Assembly: GCA_963835575.1 (NCBI GenBank)
Contig: CAWIGG010000006.1
Coordinates: 320,001-384,000 of the forward strand
Source of the DNA: an uncultured Spirochaetota bacterium
GTDB lineage: Bacteria; Spirochaetota; Brevinematia; Brevinematales; JAOACQ01
Direction: 5' to 3'
DNA length: 64,000 nt
A model generated the notes under the pieces. The model ran no database searches and had not been told where the DNA came from. It saw only the letters and a program-made list of their open reading frames with translations. Positions 41,901-51,522 of the stretch are shown piece by piece; position 1 is the stretch's first letter; each line of letters starts with the position of its first letter. Position numbers and translations under genes: made by a program.

Positions 41901-42534
41901 GATCCAGGGCCCGGCGCTTCTGGGCGGAGTCTATTCATCGCCGCTGACGGTCATGAGCTTTCTGGACCTTCTCATGACGATGGCCGTGGATAAAAAATTC
42001 ACAAAAACGGAAGCCGTCGTTAACGGTAAAAAAACCGCGCTTACCGGCTCTCCGCTTTTGATAGACGCGAAAGACGGGAGTATTGAGCTGAGATCTTCGG
42101 AATTTACCGTTGTCAGGATTGACCGGGAAAAAGAGATCGACATGGCGGATTATATTCAGGAGAAACCGTTCTTTAACGCGAAAATTGACGACGATCATAT
42201 CACGATGGGCTCCGAAACAATCCTGACTATCGAACTGGATAAAGACAAGGACCCTTCGGAATACTATGCCCTGATAGCCGTACCCTCCGTTCTTTCGGTC
42301 AGGCAGACGGAAGACCTTCTTTCCGATTATAAAGGCCAATTGATCTACGGCCAGAGATCGTCGGGAAGCGAAAAAATCCAGCTCCTGACGGTGCCTTTCA
42401 GAGGCTCGGGAAAGATGGTCCTGAACCTGGAAGCCGCCCAGAAGGGCGAGAGCGAAGGCATCATCATGGTCAGGCATATCAATAACCCGGAGATTATCGT
42501 GTCAATCAGGATCAATAAGGTTGTTGTGAAGTAA
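38950..42534 (+). CDS. Alpha-2-macroglobulin-like exported protein
   Basis: TDQPVYWPNEDV (MG-domain start), low-complexity bait-like segment, KTDGSGTA...LPPQTGR, helical TED-like region. Confidence 0.6.
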   Translation: MKKKSMRRILFSVSALSLIFVLFSSAKKEAETDKKETALFNVNLKDKKVEAPSKSIRDNLRFKFISVTTDQPVYWPNEDVFLKALFPASPSKEIQISLQKKDASPRNLGKFKLNSAGMLVETVMSGKTKKLEPGEYSVNVKTADGKLTGSAAFSVVEGALGALLFAYEFEQITDAKNLGKVKGGWFFGNAEGVGKRWGNGLNIKNELRDLNQPYNGKATLQTRCYLPGCDGIEAGPPVETVIKDGQIEAALDVGGHSGPFGIEVVTPKGSVSYLFAKSGHVERQTIPVSGHMVNSFSATMAPYENTTPVPGRDIFIVKESENKEDSIELKSPIADASQEVELIVNKKLSNPKIIVVTPISDDEFNTAEIKLPKDIEKGKSIKIKCASPYSLIAAAGFDGENYYEGWAIAFTASPIDCTIKSPDSGSPLQHLNIEINTADKLSGNPVSVYGILEVFDNRVQSKSAKEPLVSAVGDSIRDYANYLVSWRDLTGINQELDEEAEKDYAPATLGQPSTAPLKKLSAVRSGAKQFKSESSAEVSENANNAEEQETIREGERKVVYCGIIKTDGSGTAHADIQLPPQTGRCKIRFTIVNKYDYFEKIKDIDVIKKSFLEVSLMPLIIPGAKVTARAVVINSLKDNIKLRISGAGLDKDIVYEIKPGMENIDFEVTGRKYGKLFLTLENSSGKILDKREIEIRNISSYPITFSDIRISDGSTIIIDKGGRAAVYSSPGRLLDGMVMNMVTTMYSWFGHSEALSSAAAIRAGLLKAIDAKIIDDEGMRGTLKSDLVKTVRDLNEAFYNPDTRLFRPYPGIDENALWSAWTVRNLKVMVKYLKDSPALKEELAGTIALAEAMTVQTAGELKKRKISIMEEALYNSENSDEVIPVEIDGKVIYKAATDPAVAEWYVKKMAPLLDVEGSKNMKDINLKFIKAYDTYRFLRSFERTGALYYLLLNAKALYLKGDKNFGPLFNKIAGGVIMIQEPGLIQGPALLGGVYSSPLTVMSFLDLLMTMAVDKKFTKTEAVVNGKKTALTGSPLLIDAKDGSIELRSSEFTVVRIDREKEIDMADYIQEKPFFNAKIDDDHITMGSETILTIELDKDKDPSEYYALIAVPSVLSVRQTEDLLSDYKGQLIYGQRSSGSEKIQLLTVPFRGSGKMVLNLEAAQKGESEGIIMVRHINNPEIIVSIRINKVVVK

Positions 42535-42556
42535 TCATTTAATCTGAGAATAAAAT

Positions 42557-42587
42557 AACGGGAGTTCTGAAAAGGGCTCCCGTTTTT
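42557..42587 (+). terminator. Intrinsic terminator
   Basis: AACGGGAG...CTCCCGTTTTT after the A2M-like gene. Confidence 0.65.
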
Positions 42588-42635
42588 CATGAATCCTAAG
42601 TCCCAAAGGTTTAATTTTAAAACCGGAGAAATAAG

Positions 42636-42926
42636 AACGAATAATCCGCTAATGCACGCGAATAGACGCGAATAGACAGTGGGAATGAAAAACATAAATA
42701 GCACAAATTAACACAAATGAAATTAAAAAGAAATTAGCGTGACTTCGCGTGGCTTCGCGGAAGACAACGAGTAATCCGCTAATGCATGCAAATGAACCTG
42801 AAGATATCCGCGAACGGAAAACTACGAATAACACAAATTAATATGAATAAATTTGGGATTGCGGATAACCATGAAGGTTTTCTAAAACATTAACTTAGTG
42901 TGTCTTCGTTTGGCTTCGCGGAAGAC
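42636..42926. repeat. Two tandem CGCGAAT-type triple-arm elements
   Basis: AACGA(A/G)TAATCCGCTAATGCA at 42636 and 42766; GGCTTCGCGGAAGAC at 42751 and 42912. Confidence 0.75.
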
Positions 42927-43100
42927 CGGGTTCCCCTGGGATGAGCTTTAAAAAGTCTGCGACATTTTTGATTTTTTTATGCCGGTTAAATAAAATATCA
43001 ACCAATATCAGCCATTGCCGTTTTGCCGGAAATTCGCTGCATACGGATTCCGACATTTATTGATTTTTTTAGAGAAGTGTAAAATTTTCCGGAGGTTCCA

Positions 43101-43712
43101 GTGAAATTATTATTCCTCTTCCTTCTTCTCATCCCTGCCTGGTCATTTCCGCTCACAGTTTCCCAGGTCCAGAATAATATCACATCCTATTTCACAAAGT
43201 TTAAGTCCTATCAAACGGGCTTTATCATGAAAACGACGGGCAGGTTCGGAAACGGCATGTTCAAAGGCGCGTTCACTTTTCAAAACGGCCAGGCCGTTTA
43301 CCAGCTGGAAAAGCCCGGCGCCATGAATGTCCAGATGAAAAAAGACGGCAGCGTGCTTATTCAAAACAACAAAAGCGACATTAACAGCGTATTCACAAGT
43401 CTGGAGTCGCTCTATTATGTTCTGATGACTAATAATTTTGAGTTAAAGATCGTCAGCGAGGATGCCGCCAGCGCTTCCATCGAAGCCGTAAATACATCAG
43501 GGAAAAAACGTATCTCAATGAATTACAATAAAACAATCGGGATGCTCGATTCCATTACGTATTCCGGAGGTAAAACCGCTCCGGCCATCGATGTTAAAAT
43601 CGATTATGATTCCATTCAGGGATTGCCGGTTTTTCAGCAGATCACGGCAGTCCTTCCCTCCGGTAGAATTACCCTCTACCTGGAAGACACGAAATTTGAG
43701 CTGAATCCCTGA
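43101..43712 (+). CDS. Exported hypothetical protein (possibly LolA-like fold)
   Basis: SD GGAGG, GTG start, signal peptide, beta-rich pattern. Confidence 0.6.
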   Translation: MKLLFLFLLLIPAWSFPLTVSQVQNNITSYFTKFKSYQTGFIMKTTGRFGNGMFKGAFTFQNGQAVYQLEKPGAMNVQMKKDGSVLIQNNKSDINSVFTSLESLYYVLMTNNFELKIVSEDAASASIEAVNTSGKKRISMNYNKTIGMLDSITYSGGKTAPAIDVKIDYDSIQGLPVFQQITAVLPSGRITLYLEDTKFELNP

Positions 43713-43953
43713 CCGTTCCGGTCAGAAAAAATAATATCCGAACCGCAATATTTTGCAGTTAATCCCGTCTCTTATCTATAACAATGGCAGGTTTTGCTGA
43801 CCCCAATAGATCAGGATTGTCAGGATTAGTAATTCAGTCTTCACATTTTAAATTACAGCCATTAAAATCCTGTATAATTGGTGCCGGTATAAAAAGCTTA
43901 CGTTCGATCATTATTTAATCAGATTATGGAAAAGATTGTCAGAAAAAATGTAC

Positions 43954-44028
43954 TTGACATTTTTTTGCCAATTTAGTATAATTATTTCGTATGCGAAATA
44001 TTCTTGTACTAAATATTAGTATGCTAAT
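43954..44028 (+). promoter_or_regulatory. Consensus sigma70 promoter with downstream palindromic operators
   Basis: TTGACA (43954)-17 bp-TATAAT (43977); TATTTCGTATGCGAAATA (43983-44000) and ATTAGTATGCTAAT (44015-44028). Confidence 0.8.
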
Positions 44029-44057
44029 TATAATTAATACCGGGAGGGTGATTTTTT

Positions 44058-44493
44058 ATGGAGACGATGGACAAAAGCCTGGAACTGATAAAAGCTGATG
44101 AAGGAAGTGATGTTTCTCCTGCGGCATCATATGAGCAGTATCTGGGAGGACAGCGGGATTACCATGCCCCAGGGTTTCCTGCTCGGGATGCTCAGCAGAT
44201 CCGGAAAGATGAAGGTCCATGACCTGAGCTTGAAGCTCAGCATGACCGACAGCACGGTTTCCGGGATTATCGACCGGCTGGAAAAGAATGGAATGGTGGA
44301 AAGGACGAGAAGCCTGGAAGACAAACGGGTCGTTTATGTCAGTATTTCCCCGAAGTTTGAGGAAATGCACCGGGATTTTCGTAAAGACATGGAGGAAAAT
44401 ATCGGGAATGTCATCAGCAAAGGCACGCCGGAGGAGCTTGAAGCAATTGACTACGGTCTGAATATCATGAAAAGGCTGATGACCAATCAGTAA
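44058..44493 (+). CDS. MarR family regulator (apparent 1-bp frameshift near 44090; in-frame ATG at 44098)
   Basis: STVSGIIDRLEKNGMVERTRSLEDKR; SD GGGAGG precedes ATG 44058, which is 40 nt from ATG 44098. Confidence 0.85.
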
Positions 44494-44667
44494 AAGGGTA
44501 ATCCAATAGTCCCTATTTTCACGCAAAGGAAATCAAAATTTTGCATTCTTTGCGTGCGGCGCCTGTCCCGAGCTTGCCGAGGGACGGCTTTGCGTGAGAC
44601 TACAAGAGTTTGCGTCTTTATGAATAATATTTAAAAAAAAGAAATACTCAAATTTCAGGAAGGATTT

Positions 44668-46398
44668 GTGATCAAACTATTCAAATATTTAAAGCCTTAT
44701 TCCATACCGGTGGCGGCGGTCATCATCCTGGTGTTTTTCCAGTCGATGTCCGACCTCTACCTGCCGACCCTGATGTCGGACATTGTGAACAAGGGCATTA
44801 CCAACGGCGATACCAATTATATCATGATAACCGGCGGCCTGATGCTCCTGGTGGCTCTGGGAGGCTCAGTCTGCGCGATCCTCGCGGGCTACCTGTCGAG
44901 CCATGCGGCCATGGGTCTGGGGGAGATCATCCGCAACGAACTTTTCACTCATGTGTCGAGATTTTCCCTGCATGAGTTCGATAAGGTCGGGACGCCGTCG
45001 CTCATCACCAGGAACACGAACGACGTGACGCAGGTCCAGATGGTGGTGATGATCATGATGCGTATGATGATCAGCGCGCCGATCATGTGCGTCGGCGGCA
45101 TTATCTTGGCCGTTTCGAAAGACCCCGGGCTTTCATGGGTGATCGTAATTGTCATTCCCGTCCTGGCCGCGGTGATCATTACAGTGGCCCTCAAGGGGTT
45201 CCCGCTCTTTCAGTCAATTCAGAAAAAGGTGGATAAAATCAATCTTGTCCTCCGGGAAGGTCTCACGGGCATCCGCGTGATCCGCGCCTTCAACCGCGAC
45301 GATGACGAAAAAAAGCGTTTCCATGATGCGAACAACGACCTGATGCAGACGTCCGTGCAGGTGAACCGTATGATGGCCATGCTTATGCCCGTCATGATGC
45401 TGGTGATGAACCTGACGACCGTCTCCGTCATTTGGTTTGGAAGCGTCCGTGTGAACGTGGGAACGTCCAATGTCGGGAATATGATGGCGTTCCTCCAGTA
45501 CGCGATGCAGATTTTGTTTTCACTGCTCATGGCGTCGATGATGTTCATCATGCTGCCGCGGGCCCAGGCCTCCGCGGAAAGGATCAACGAGGTCCTGGAC
45601 ATTGAGCCTGAAATCAACGATCCCGAAAAAGAAATTAAAACCGACGCGCGCACAAAAGGCTACATAGAGTTCCGCGACGTGACATTCAGGTACCACGGCG
45701 CCGAGGAGCCGGCCGTCCGCAATATCTCGTTCTCCGCGAAACCCGGAGAGGTGACGGCGATCATCGGAAGCACGGGGTCCGGCAAGTCGACATTGATCAA
45801 TATGATCCCCCGCTTTTATGACGCGGACAGCGGAAACATCCTGATAGACGGCGTAGACGTCCGGGATATGACCCAGGAGGCCCTGAGGGCCAAGATCGGG
45901 TTTGTTCCGCAGAAAGCCGTCCTTTTTACCGGGACCATCGCCGACAACATCCTCTACGGCAAGGAGGACGCCTCTGAAGGCGAAATCCGGAAAGCCGCGA
46001 AAACGGCCCAGGCCGCCGATTTCATTTCGGAGATGGCAGACGGTTACAATTCGATCATTTCACAGGGCGGGACCAACGTTTCCGGGGGCCAGAAGCAGCG
46101 TCTTTCGATAGCTCGCGCCCTGGTGAGGAAACCGGAAATCTTCGTCTTTGACGACAGCTTTTCAGCTCTGGACTTCAAGACGGACGCCAGGCTGCGCGCG
46201 GCCCTGAGAAAGGAAACGGCCCATTCCACCGTGATCATTGTCGGGCAGAGGGTGGCCACCATCATGGACGCCGACAGGATTATCGTCCTGGATGAGGGCA
46301 CGATCTGCGGGATCGGCACCCATAAAGAGCTTTATCAGAGCTGTCAGGTATACAAAGAAATCGTGGCCTCTCAGCTTTCGGAAGAGGAGATAGCATGA
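44668..46398 (+). CDS. Heterodimeric ABC exporter subunit (TM287/EfrA-like)
   Basis: TMD plus NBD; GSTGSGKS, VSGGQKQR, degenerate Walker B FVFDDS and switch GQR. Confidence 0.92.
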   Translation: MIKLFKYLKPYSIPVAAVIILVFFQSMSDLYLPTLMSDIVNKGITNGDTNYIMITGGLMLLVALGGSVCAILAGYLSSHAAMGLGEIIRNELFTHVSRFSLHEFDKVGTPSLITRNTNDVTQVQMVVMIMMRMMISAPIMCVGGIILAVSKDPGLSWVIVIVIPVLAAVIITVALKGFPLFQSIQKKVDKINLVLREGLTGIRVIRAFNRDDDEKKRFHDANNDLMQTSVQVNRMMAMLMPVMMLVMNLTTVSVIWFGSVRVNVGTSNVGNMMAFLQYAMQILFSLLMASMMFIMLPRAQASAERINEVLDIEPEINDPEKEIKTDARTKGYIEFRDVTFRYHGAEEPAVRNISFSAKPGEVTAIIGSTGSGKSTLINMIPRFYDADSGNILIDGVDVRDMTQEALRAKIGFVPQKAVLFTGTIADNILYGKEDASEGEIRKAAKTAQAADFISEMADGYNSIISQGGTNVSGGQKQRLSIARALVRKPEIFVFDDSFSALDFKTDARLRAALRKETAHSTVIIVGQRVATIMDADRIIVLDEGTICGIGTHKELYQSCQVYKEIVASQLSEEEIA

Positions 46399-48320
46399 GC
46401 GAAGATAAAAGGGAACAAAGGCCCGTTCAGCCTCAGGGGCTCTTCGGGCGCGGCGGCGGCCGCGGCCGGGGCGGCTTCGGCGGCGGCATGATGGGACGCG
46501 GGCCTGTGGAAAAACCGAAGGATTTCATGGGAACTTTCAAGCGGCTTCTTGTCTATTTAAAACCGCAATATCTCAAACTCGGCATCATATTTATTTTTGC
46601 CGTGCTCAGCACAGTCTTCAACATATTGGGGCCGAAAATCCTGGGAAATGCGACGACAAAGCTTTTCGACGGACTGATGAATAAATACGCGGCGTTCATG
46701 CTTAAAAAACCGATGCCGTCCATCGATTTTGTTTATATAGGCCAGATCATCCTCTTATTGATTTTTCTATATCTTATCAGCGCGCTTTTCAGCTACATCC
46801 AGCAGTACCAGATGGCCGGCGTGTCGCAGAAAACCGTGTTCGATATGCGCAGGGACATGAACGATAAACTTTCGCGCCTGCCCCTGAAGTTTTTCGATTC
46901 CCGCACGCATGGCGAGATCATGAGCCGCGTTACGAACGATATCGACAACATCAGTACGACCCTCCAGCAGAGCCTGACGCAGATCATCTCGTCAGTCTGC
47001 ACCATTATAGGCGTCCTGGTCATGATGCTGACCATCAGCCCATGGCTTACACTGATCACCATTGTGACCCTGCCGGTCTCAATCCTGGTGACGGCCAACA
47101 TCGCCAAACTTTCGCAGAAATATTTCGGGGCCCAGCAGAAAACCCTCGGCGATCTGAACGGCCATGTCGAGGAGATGTACACTGGGCATAAGATCGTCAA
47201 GGCTTTCGGGCATGAGGAAAAATCCGTCAGGGAATTCAGGGAAATCAACGGGAAGCTCTACAGCGCCGGCTGGAAGGCGCAGTTCGTTTCCGGCATTATT
47301 TTCCCCATGATGAACTTCATCAATAATATAGGCTATGTGCTGGTCTGCGTCGTCGGCGGGATCATGGCGGCCAGGAAGGCCATCAAGATCGGGGACATCC
47401 AGGCTTTCATCCAGTATTCGAGGCAGTTTACACAGCCTATCGTGCAGACGGCGAATATCGCCAATATTCTCCAGTCGACGATCGCTTCGGCCGAGCGTGT
47501 TTTCGAGATCCTGGACGAGACCGAGGAAGTCCCAGACGATCCTTTTGCAAAAGGTATCGAGGAGCCGAAGGGCGACGTGGCCTTCGAGCATGTCAGGTTC
47601 GGCTACAGGGAAGACGCTGTTCTGATGGAAGACATGAATATCGATGTCAAACAGGGGCAGACGATCGCCATAGTCGGCCCGACGGGGGCCGGGAAAACCA
47701 CGATGGTCAACCTGCTGATGCGCTTTTATGAGATCAGCGGGGGAAGGATCACGGTGGACGGCGTCGATGTCAAAAGCCTGCGGCGGGGCCAATTACGCTC
47801 CATGTTCGGAATGGTGCTCCAGGACACATGGCTCTTTAACGGAACGATCCGTGAAAACATTGCCTACGGCCGGCAGGGTGCGACCGAGGAGGAGATCATC
47901 CAGGCGGCCAAAGCCGCGCATACCGACCACTTTATCCGGGCGCTGCCCGACGGCTACAATACGATGCTGAACGAAGAGGCGTCCAATATTTCCCAGGGGG
48001 AAAAACAGCTCCTGACTATCGCGAGGGCAATTCTTTCCGACCCGGCCATCCTTATCCTGGACGAGGCCACGAGCAGTGTTGATACCAGGACGGAGGTTTA
48101 CATCCAGAAGGCGATGAAGGAACTGATGAAGGGCAGGACAAGCTTTGTGATCGCGCACAGGCTTTCCACTATCCGCGACGCGGAAAAGATCCTGGTGATG
48201 AACCATGGGAAGATCATCGAAATGGGCAGCCATCAGGAACTTCTAGCCGGGAAAGGCTTTTACGCCGACCTTTACAACAGTCAGTTTACAGGGGCCTACA
48301 CGGACGCGGAGGCTGTGTAG
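46395..48320 (+). CDS. Heterodimeric ABC exporter subunit (TM288/EfrB-like)
   Basis: GPTGAGKT, degenerate ISQGEKQ signature, ILDEAT, AHR. Confidence 0.92.
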   Translation: MSEDKREQRPVQPQGLFGRGGGRGRGGFGGGMMGRGPVEKPKDFMGTFKRLLVYLKPQYLKLGIIFIFAVLSTVFNILGPKILGNATTKLFDGLMNKYAAFMLKKPMPSIDFVYIGQIILLLIFLYLISALFSYIQQYQMAGVSQKTVFDMRRDMNDKLSRLPLKFFDSRTHGEIMSRVTNDIDNISTTLQQSLTQIISSVCTIIGVLVMMLTISPWLTLITIVTLPVSILVTANIAKLSQKYFGAQQKTLGDLNGHVEEMYTGHKIVKAFGHEEKSVREFREINGKLYSAGWKAQFVSGIIFPMMNFINNIGYVLVCVVGGIMAARKAIKIGDIQAFIQYSRQFTQPIVQTANIANILQSTIASAERVFEILDETEEVPDDPFAKGIEEPKGDVAFEHVRFGYREDAVLMEDMNIDVKQGQTIAIVGPTGAGKTTMVNLLMRFYEISGGRITVDGVDVKSLRRGQLRSMFGMVLQDTWLFNGTIRENIAYGRQGATEEEIIQAAKAAHTDHFIRALPDGYNTMLNEEASNISQGEKQLLTIARAILSDPAILILDEATSSVDTRTEVYIQKAMKELMKGRTSFVIAHRLSTIRDAEKILVMNHGKIIEMGSHQELLAGKGFYADLYNSQFTGAYTDAEAV

Positions 48321-48337
48321 AGAGAAACGGGGGTAAC

Positions 48338-48588
48338 CCGCTAATGCACGCGAAGTACAAAAGTCGTCATTGCGAGGGGACAGATGTCTTTGCGCTGGGA
48401 GATTTAGCACGAAGCAATCTGTAAAATAAAGAGTAGATGAAACACAAAAATAAAGATGGTTATGCGGAGTAATAAGAATAAAGACGAATGAATGATCTGC
48501 AGACAGATTGCTTCGCACGAGAATCATCGGCAAAGAATAAAACTGGATGCTCGCAATGACGACTTTGGGCTGAGTTTGCACTTCGCGT
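48338..48588. repeat. Nested palindromic repeats inside the exporter operon
   Basis: ACGCGAAGTACAAA / TTTGCACTTCGCGT outside AAAGTCGTCATTGCGAG / CTCGCAATGACGACTTT outside GAAGCAATCTGT / ACAGATTGCTTC. Confidence 0.75.
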
Positions 48589-48641
48589 AGGACACAGTTG
48601 CATTTTTTAAAGATACAAAATATATATAAAGGAAGAAACAT

Positions 48642-49535
48642 ATGAAGACAAATGAAAGAAAAAAACCAGTAATATTGGGAGTGATTATTCTGATCGTTCT
48701 TGTAACGGCGGGGCTTATCACCGGCTTTTTTCTGCTGAGCGATGCCGTAAACTTCGTCAGCACGGATGACGCCGCGATCGACAGCGACCATGCCGCCGTC
48801 AGCCCGAAAATGCTGGGACGCATCCGAACCCTGCTGGCTTCGGAAAGAGACAAGGTTAAGGCGGGACAGCTCCTGGTAGAGCTGGACAGTGATGACCTGA
48901 AAGCCCAGGAGGTCCAGGCGGTCGCTTCGATGAAATATGCGAAGCAGAACCTCAACCTGGCCAGAGTGAGCCTTGACAGGGCAAGGGACGATTTCCAGCG
49001 GACGAAATCCCTTTTTGACAGCGGGGTTTCGACAAGGGAACAGTATACCCATGCTTCCAAGACGCTGGAAACGGCCGAGGCGCAGTATTCCATCGCGCAG
49101 GCGCAGATAGAGACTTCCAAAGCTCAGCTCGGCATCATAGAAACCCAGCTCGGGAACACAAAGATCATGGCGCCGATTTCCGGTGTGATCGCGAAAAAGT
49201 TGTTCATGCCGGGGGACATCGTCCAGGCAGGCCAGTCCATCTACCTGATCAACGATCTGGACTTCCTCTGGGTCACGGCTAATTTCGAGGAAACCAAGGT
49301 TTCTCATATCCGCCTGGGCGCGGAGGCCGAGATTTATATCGATGCCTATCCGGGCAGGCCTTTTAAGGGCAGGGTGACGCGAATCGCGGCCGGCATTGTC
49401 TCGCCGCCTTTTTCCATCGGGGAATTTACCAAAACCACCCAGCGTGTCCCTGTCAGGATCGAGTTTGACAAAATCCCTGAGTCGCTGATCATACTTCCTG
49501 GAATGTCGGTTGAAGTCAAAATTAAGGTAAAATAG
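48642..49535 (+). CDS. EmrA/HlyD family membrane fusion protein
   Basis: STDDA, VKAGQLLVELD, WVTANFEET, FTKTTQRVPVRI, PGMSV. Confidence 0.92.
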   Translation: MKTNERKKPVILGVIILIVLVTAGLITGFFLLSDAVNFVSTDDAAIDSDHAAVSPKMLGRIRTLLASERDKVKAGQLLVELDSDDLKAQEVQAVASMKYAKQNLNLARVSLDRARDDFQRTKSLFDSGVSTREQYTHASKTLETAEAQYSIAQAQIETSKAQLGIIETQLGNTKIMAPISGVIAKKLFMPGDIVQAGQSIYLINDLDFLWVTANFEETKVSHIRLGAEAEIYIDAYPGRPFKGRVTRIAAGIVSPPFSIGEFTKTTQRVPVRIEFDKIPESLIILPGMSVEVKIKVK

Positions 49536-49617
49536 TTTATACCCGGGATCCTGTTTTTCAAAATGATCAGAAAAAAAATCGGATAACCGGGATAGAGAAT
49601 AGATAAGAGGTGATAAA

Positions 49618-50991
49618 ATGAAACAGATATTAACGGCGTTCTTCGTAATACTGCTGGCATTGAATGCCGCCCTGGCCGGAGAAGTCAGAACAATTACCGT
49701 CAGCAATGCCGTGGAGCTGGCACTCATGAATAATCTCCAGCTCAAGCAGTCCGGCGATGATGTCGCGATTGCGAAAGCCCAGCTGGGCCAGAGTTTTGCC
49801 GACTATGCCGTTCCGAAGATCAGCGCCAACGGCAGCCTGACCTTTCTGGACCCCCAGACGGTGAATAACGGAATCCTGGATTCCTTTACAGCGGGCCCGC
49901 CGGCCGGCGGTTTTCCTTTTACGCTCATTCCCGTTCAGTACACGAATGTGTTCGCTGATAATTATTCGGCGGGAATTTCCGTCAATAAGACGCTCTTCAC
50001 AGGGTTCAGGCTCTGGAATTCCATGCGGGTCAAGCAGATCAGCCTGGACCTGGCGAACAGAAAATACGAGGATAAAAAGAAAGAAATCACTTACAATACG
50101 CTTTACTCATTTTACAATCTGTTCCTCCTCAGGGAAAATATAAAGCTTTCGGAGGGACAGGACGCATCGCTGTCAAACCAGGTGAGGAATATCGGGCTGA
50201 ACTATGTCAACGGTTCCGCGTCCGAATATGACAAGATCAGGGTCAACGTGCTGTATAAATACAACCAGCCCAGGCTTCTCACTGCCAGGAACGCTTATCA
50301 GACGGCCAGGATCTCGCTCTGCGATTCCATAGGGATCAAGGATTATGACGATGTTGAATTCATCGGGAATCTCATGGATTATACCAACCTGATCCTGACT
50401 GATTTAACGGAGTCCAATGTTCTGGAGAAAGCGTTCTCCAACGACATAGGTTTGAAAACGATGGACTATTCCATTGAGATCCTGAAGGTAACGAAAGACA
50501 TTAATGACGGGGCGAAATACCCGACGCTCTCCGCGTTCTTCAATTATAAAACAGATTATGAGAAATACAACATGACGAATGCCGGAAGGGACTGGGTGAC
50601 GGGGTGGAACACGGGACTTCAGCTTTCCATTCCGATCGACGACTGGCTCCCTGTTTCCAGAACCGCAAACTCCGTTGAGGAAGTCAACGCCAATATCCGT
50701 AAAAGCTTGAACGCCCGGGAGCAAATGGCCGAAAACCTGTCTCTCCAGGTCAAGTCGCTTCTTATGCAGCTGGAGGTGGCGAAGATCAATGTCGGGAGCC
50801 AGCTGGAAGGGCTGAACCAGGCTCAGCTCGGGCTTGATGTCGCGAATAAGAGATACGGAGCGGGAGCGGCGCTTGCTTCGGAAATCATCGATTCGGAATT
50901 TTCATTCACGCAGGCGCAGATGGGCTATCTCCAGGCGGTTTTTGACTATTACACCAGTATTTTGAAGCTCAAACGCCTGACGGGGGAATAA
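49618..50991 (+). CDS. TolC family outer membrane protein
   Basis: Signal peptide, AVELALMNN, YPTLS, LSIPI, two-fold OEP repeat. Confidence 0.88.
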   Translation: MKQILTAFFVILLALNAALAGEVRTITVSNAVELALMNNLQLKQSGDDVAIAKAQLGQSFADYAVPKISANGSLTFLDPQTVNNGILDSFTAGPPAGGFPFTLIPVQYTNVFADNYSAGISVNKTLFTGFRLWNSMRVKQISLDLANRKYEDKKKEITYNTLYSFYNLFLLRENIKLSEGQDASLSNQVRNIGLNYVNGSASEYDKIRVNVLYKYNQPRLLTARNAYQTARISLCDSIGIKDYDDVEFIGNLMDYTNLILTDLTESNVLEKAFSNDIGLKTMDYSIEILKVTKDINDGAKYPTLSAFFNYKTDYEKYNMTNAGRDWVTGWNTGLQLSIPIDDWLPVSRTANSVEEVNANIRKSLNAREQMAENLSLQVKSLLMQLEVAKINVGSQLEGLNQAQLGLDVANKRYGAGAALASEIIDSEFSFTQAQMGYLQAVFDYYTSILKLKRLTGE

Positions 50992-51039
50992 AATACCGGT
51001 TCACCCCGGATAAAACGCATCTTATTTGAAAAGATATAA

Positions 51040-51332
51040 TTCACAGGAAGACGGGAAGGCACGAAGAGATGTGGAATTAGTTAAACTCTTATGATATTGT
51101 TAAAACTTATTACCAAGTATAGAATTGGGTAATATTTTTTAGAAAGGTTTATGAGAATGCAGCGCTTCAGAAAATAAAAAAGTCACAGACTTTAAGACAG
51201 TCCCTTAAAAAACACTGAAGATTCTGTAAAATTTCTGAATTATAATATAGTTTGAACAACATAGAAAATATTTTCATTTCACAATGGCTAAAGCTAAGTG
51301 CGGCTCTTCGTGTCTTCCTTTCTTCCTGTGAA
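51040..51332. repeat. Triple 9-bp-arm element (CAGGAAG type)
   Basis: TTCACAGGAAGACGGGAAGGCACGAAGAG / CTCTTCGTGTCTTCCTTTCTTCCTGTGAA around an AT-rich spacer. Confidence 0.8.
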
Positions 51333-51522
51333 ATGAACTTAGAGTAGTATTTATAAAATGAAATTCCAAAAAATATGCAAGGACCGAATGGAACAAAATA
51401 TTTTCACAGGTTTGTCACTGTCAAAAGTTGTGGTCCTGGGGATTTTTTAAATTTTCCGGTTCTTTTGACATATAATCGGGCCTTCATTAAATTATTCTCT
51501 AATTCTGATTAAGAAGGTTTTT

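Noticed and set aside
39220..42477. Minus-strand ORFs of up to 231 aa
   Set aside because: Shadows of the A2M-like gene.
42636..42926. Possible CRISPR or TIGR-like array
   Set aside because: Only two units with inverted arms and irregular spacing; no cas or Nop-domain gene in the window.
48243..49745. 500-aa minus-strand ORF
   Set aside because: Antisense shadow of the MFP gene that also crosses repeats; no recognisable motifs.
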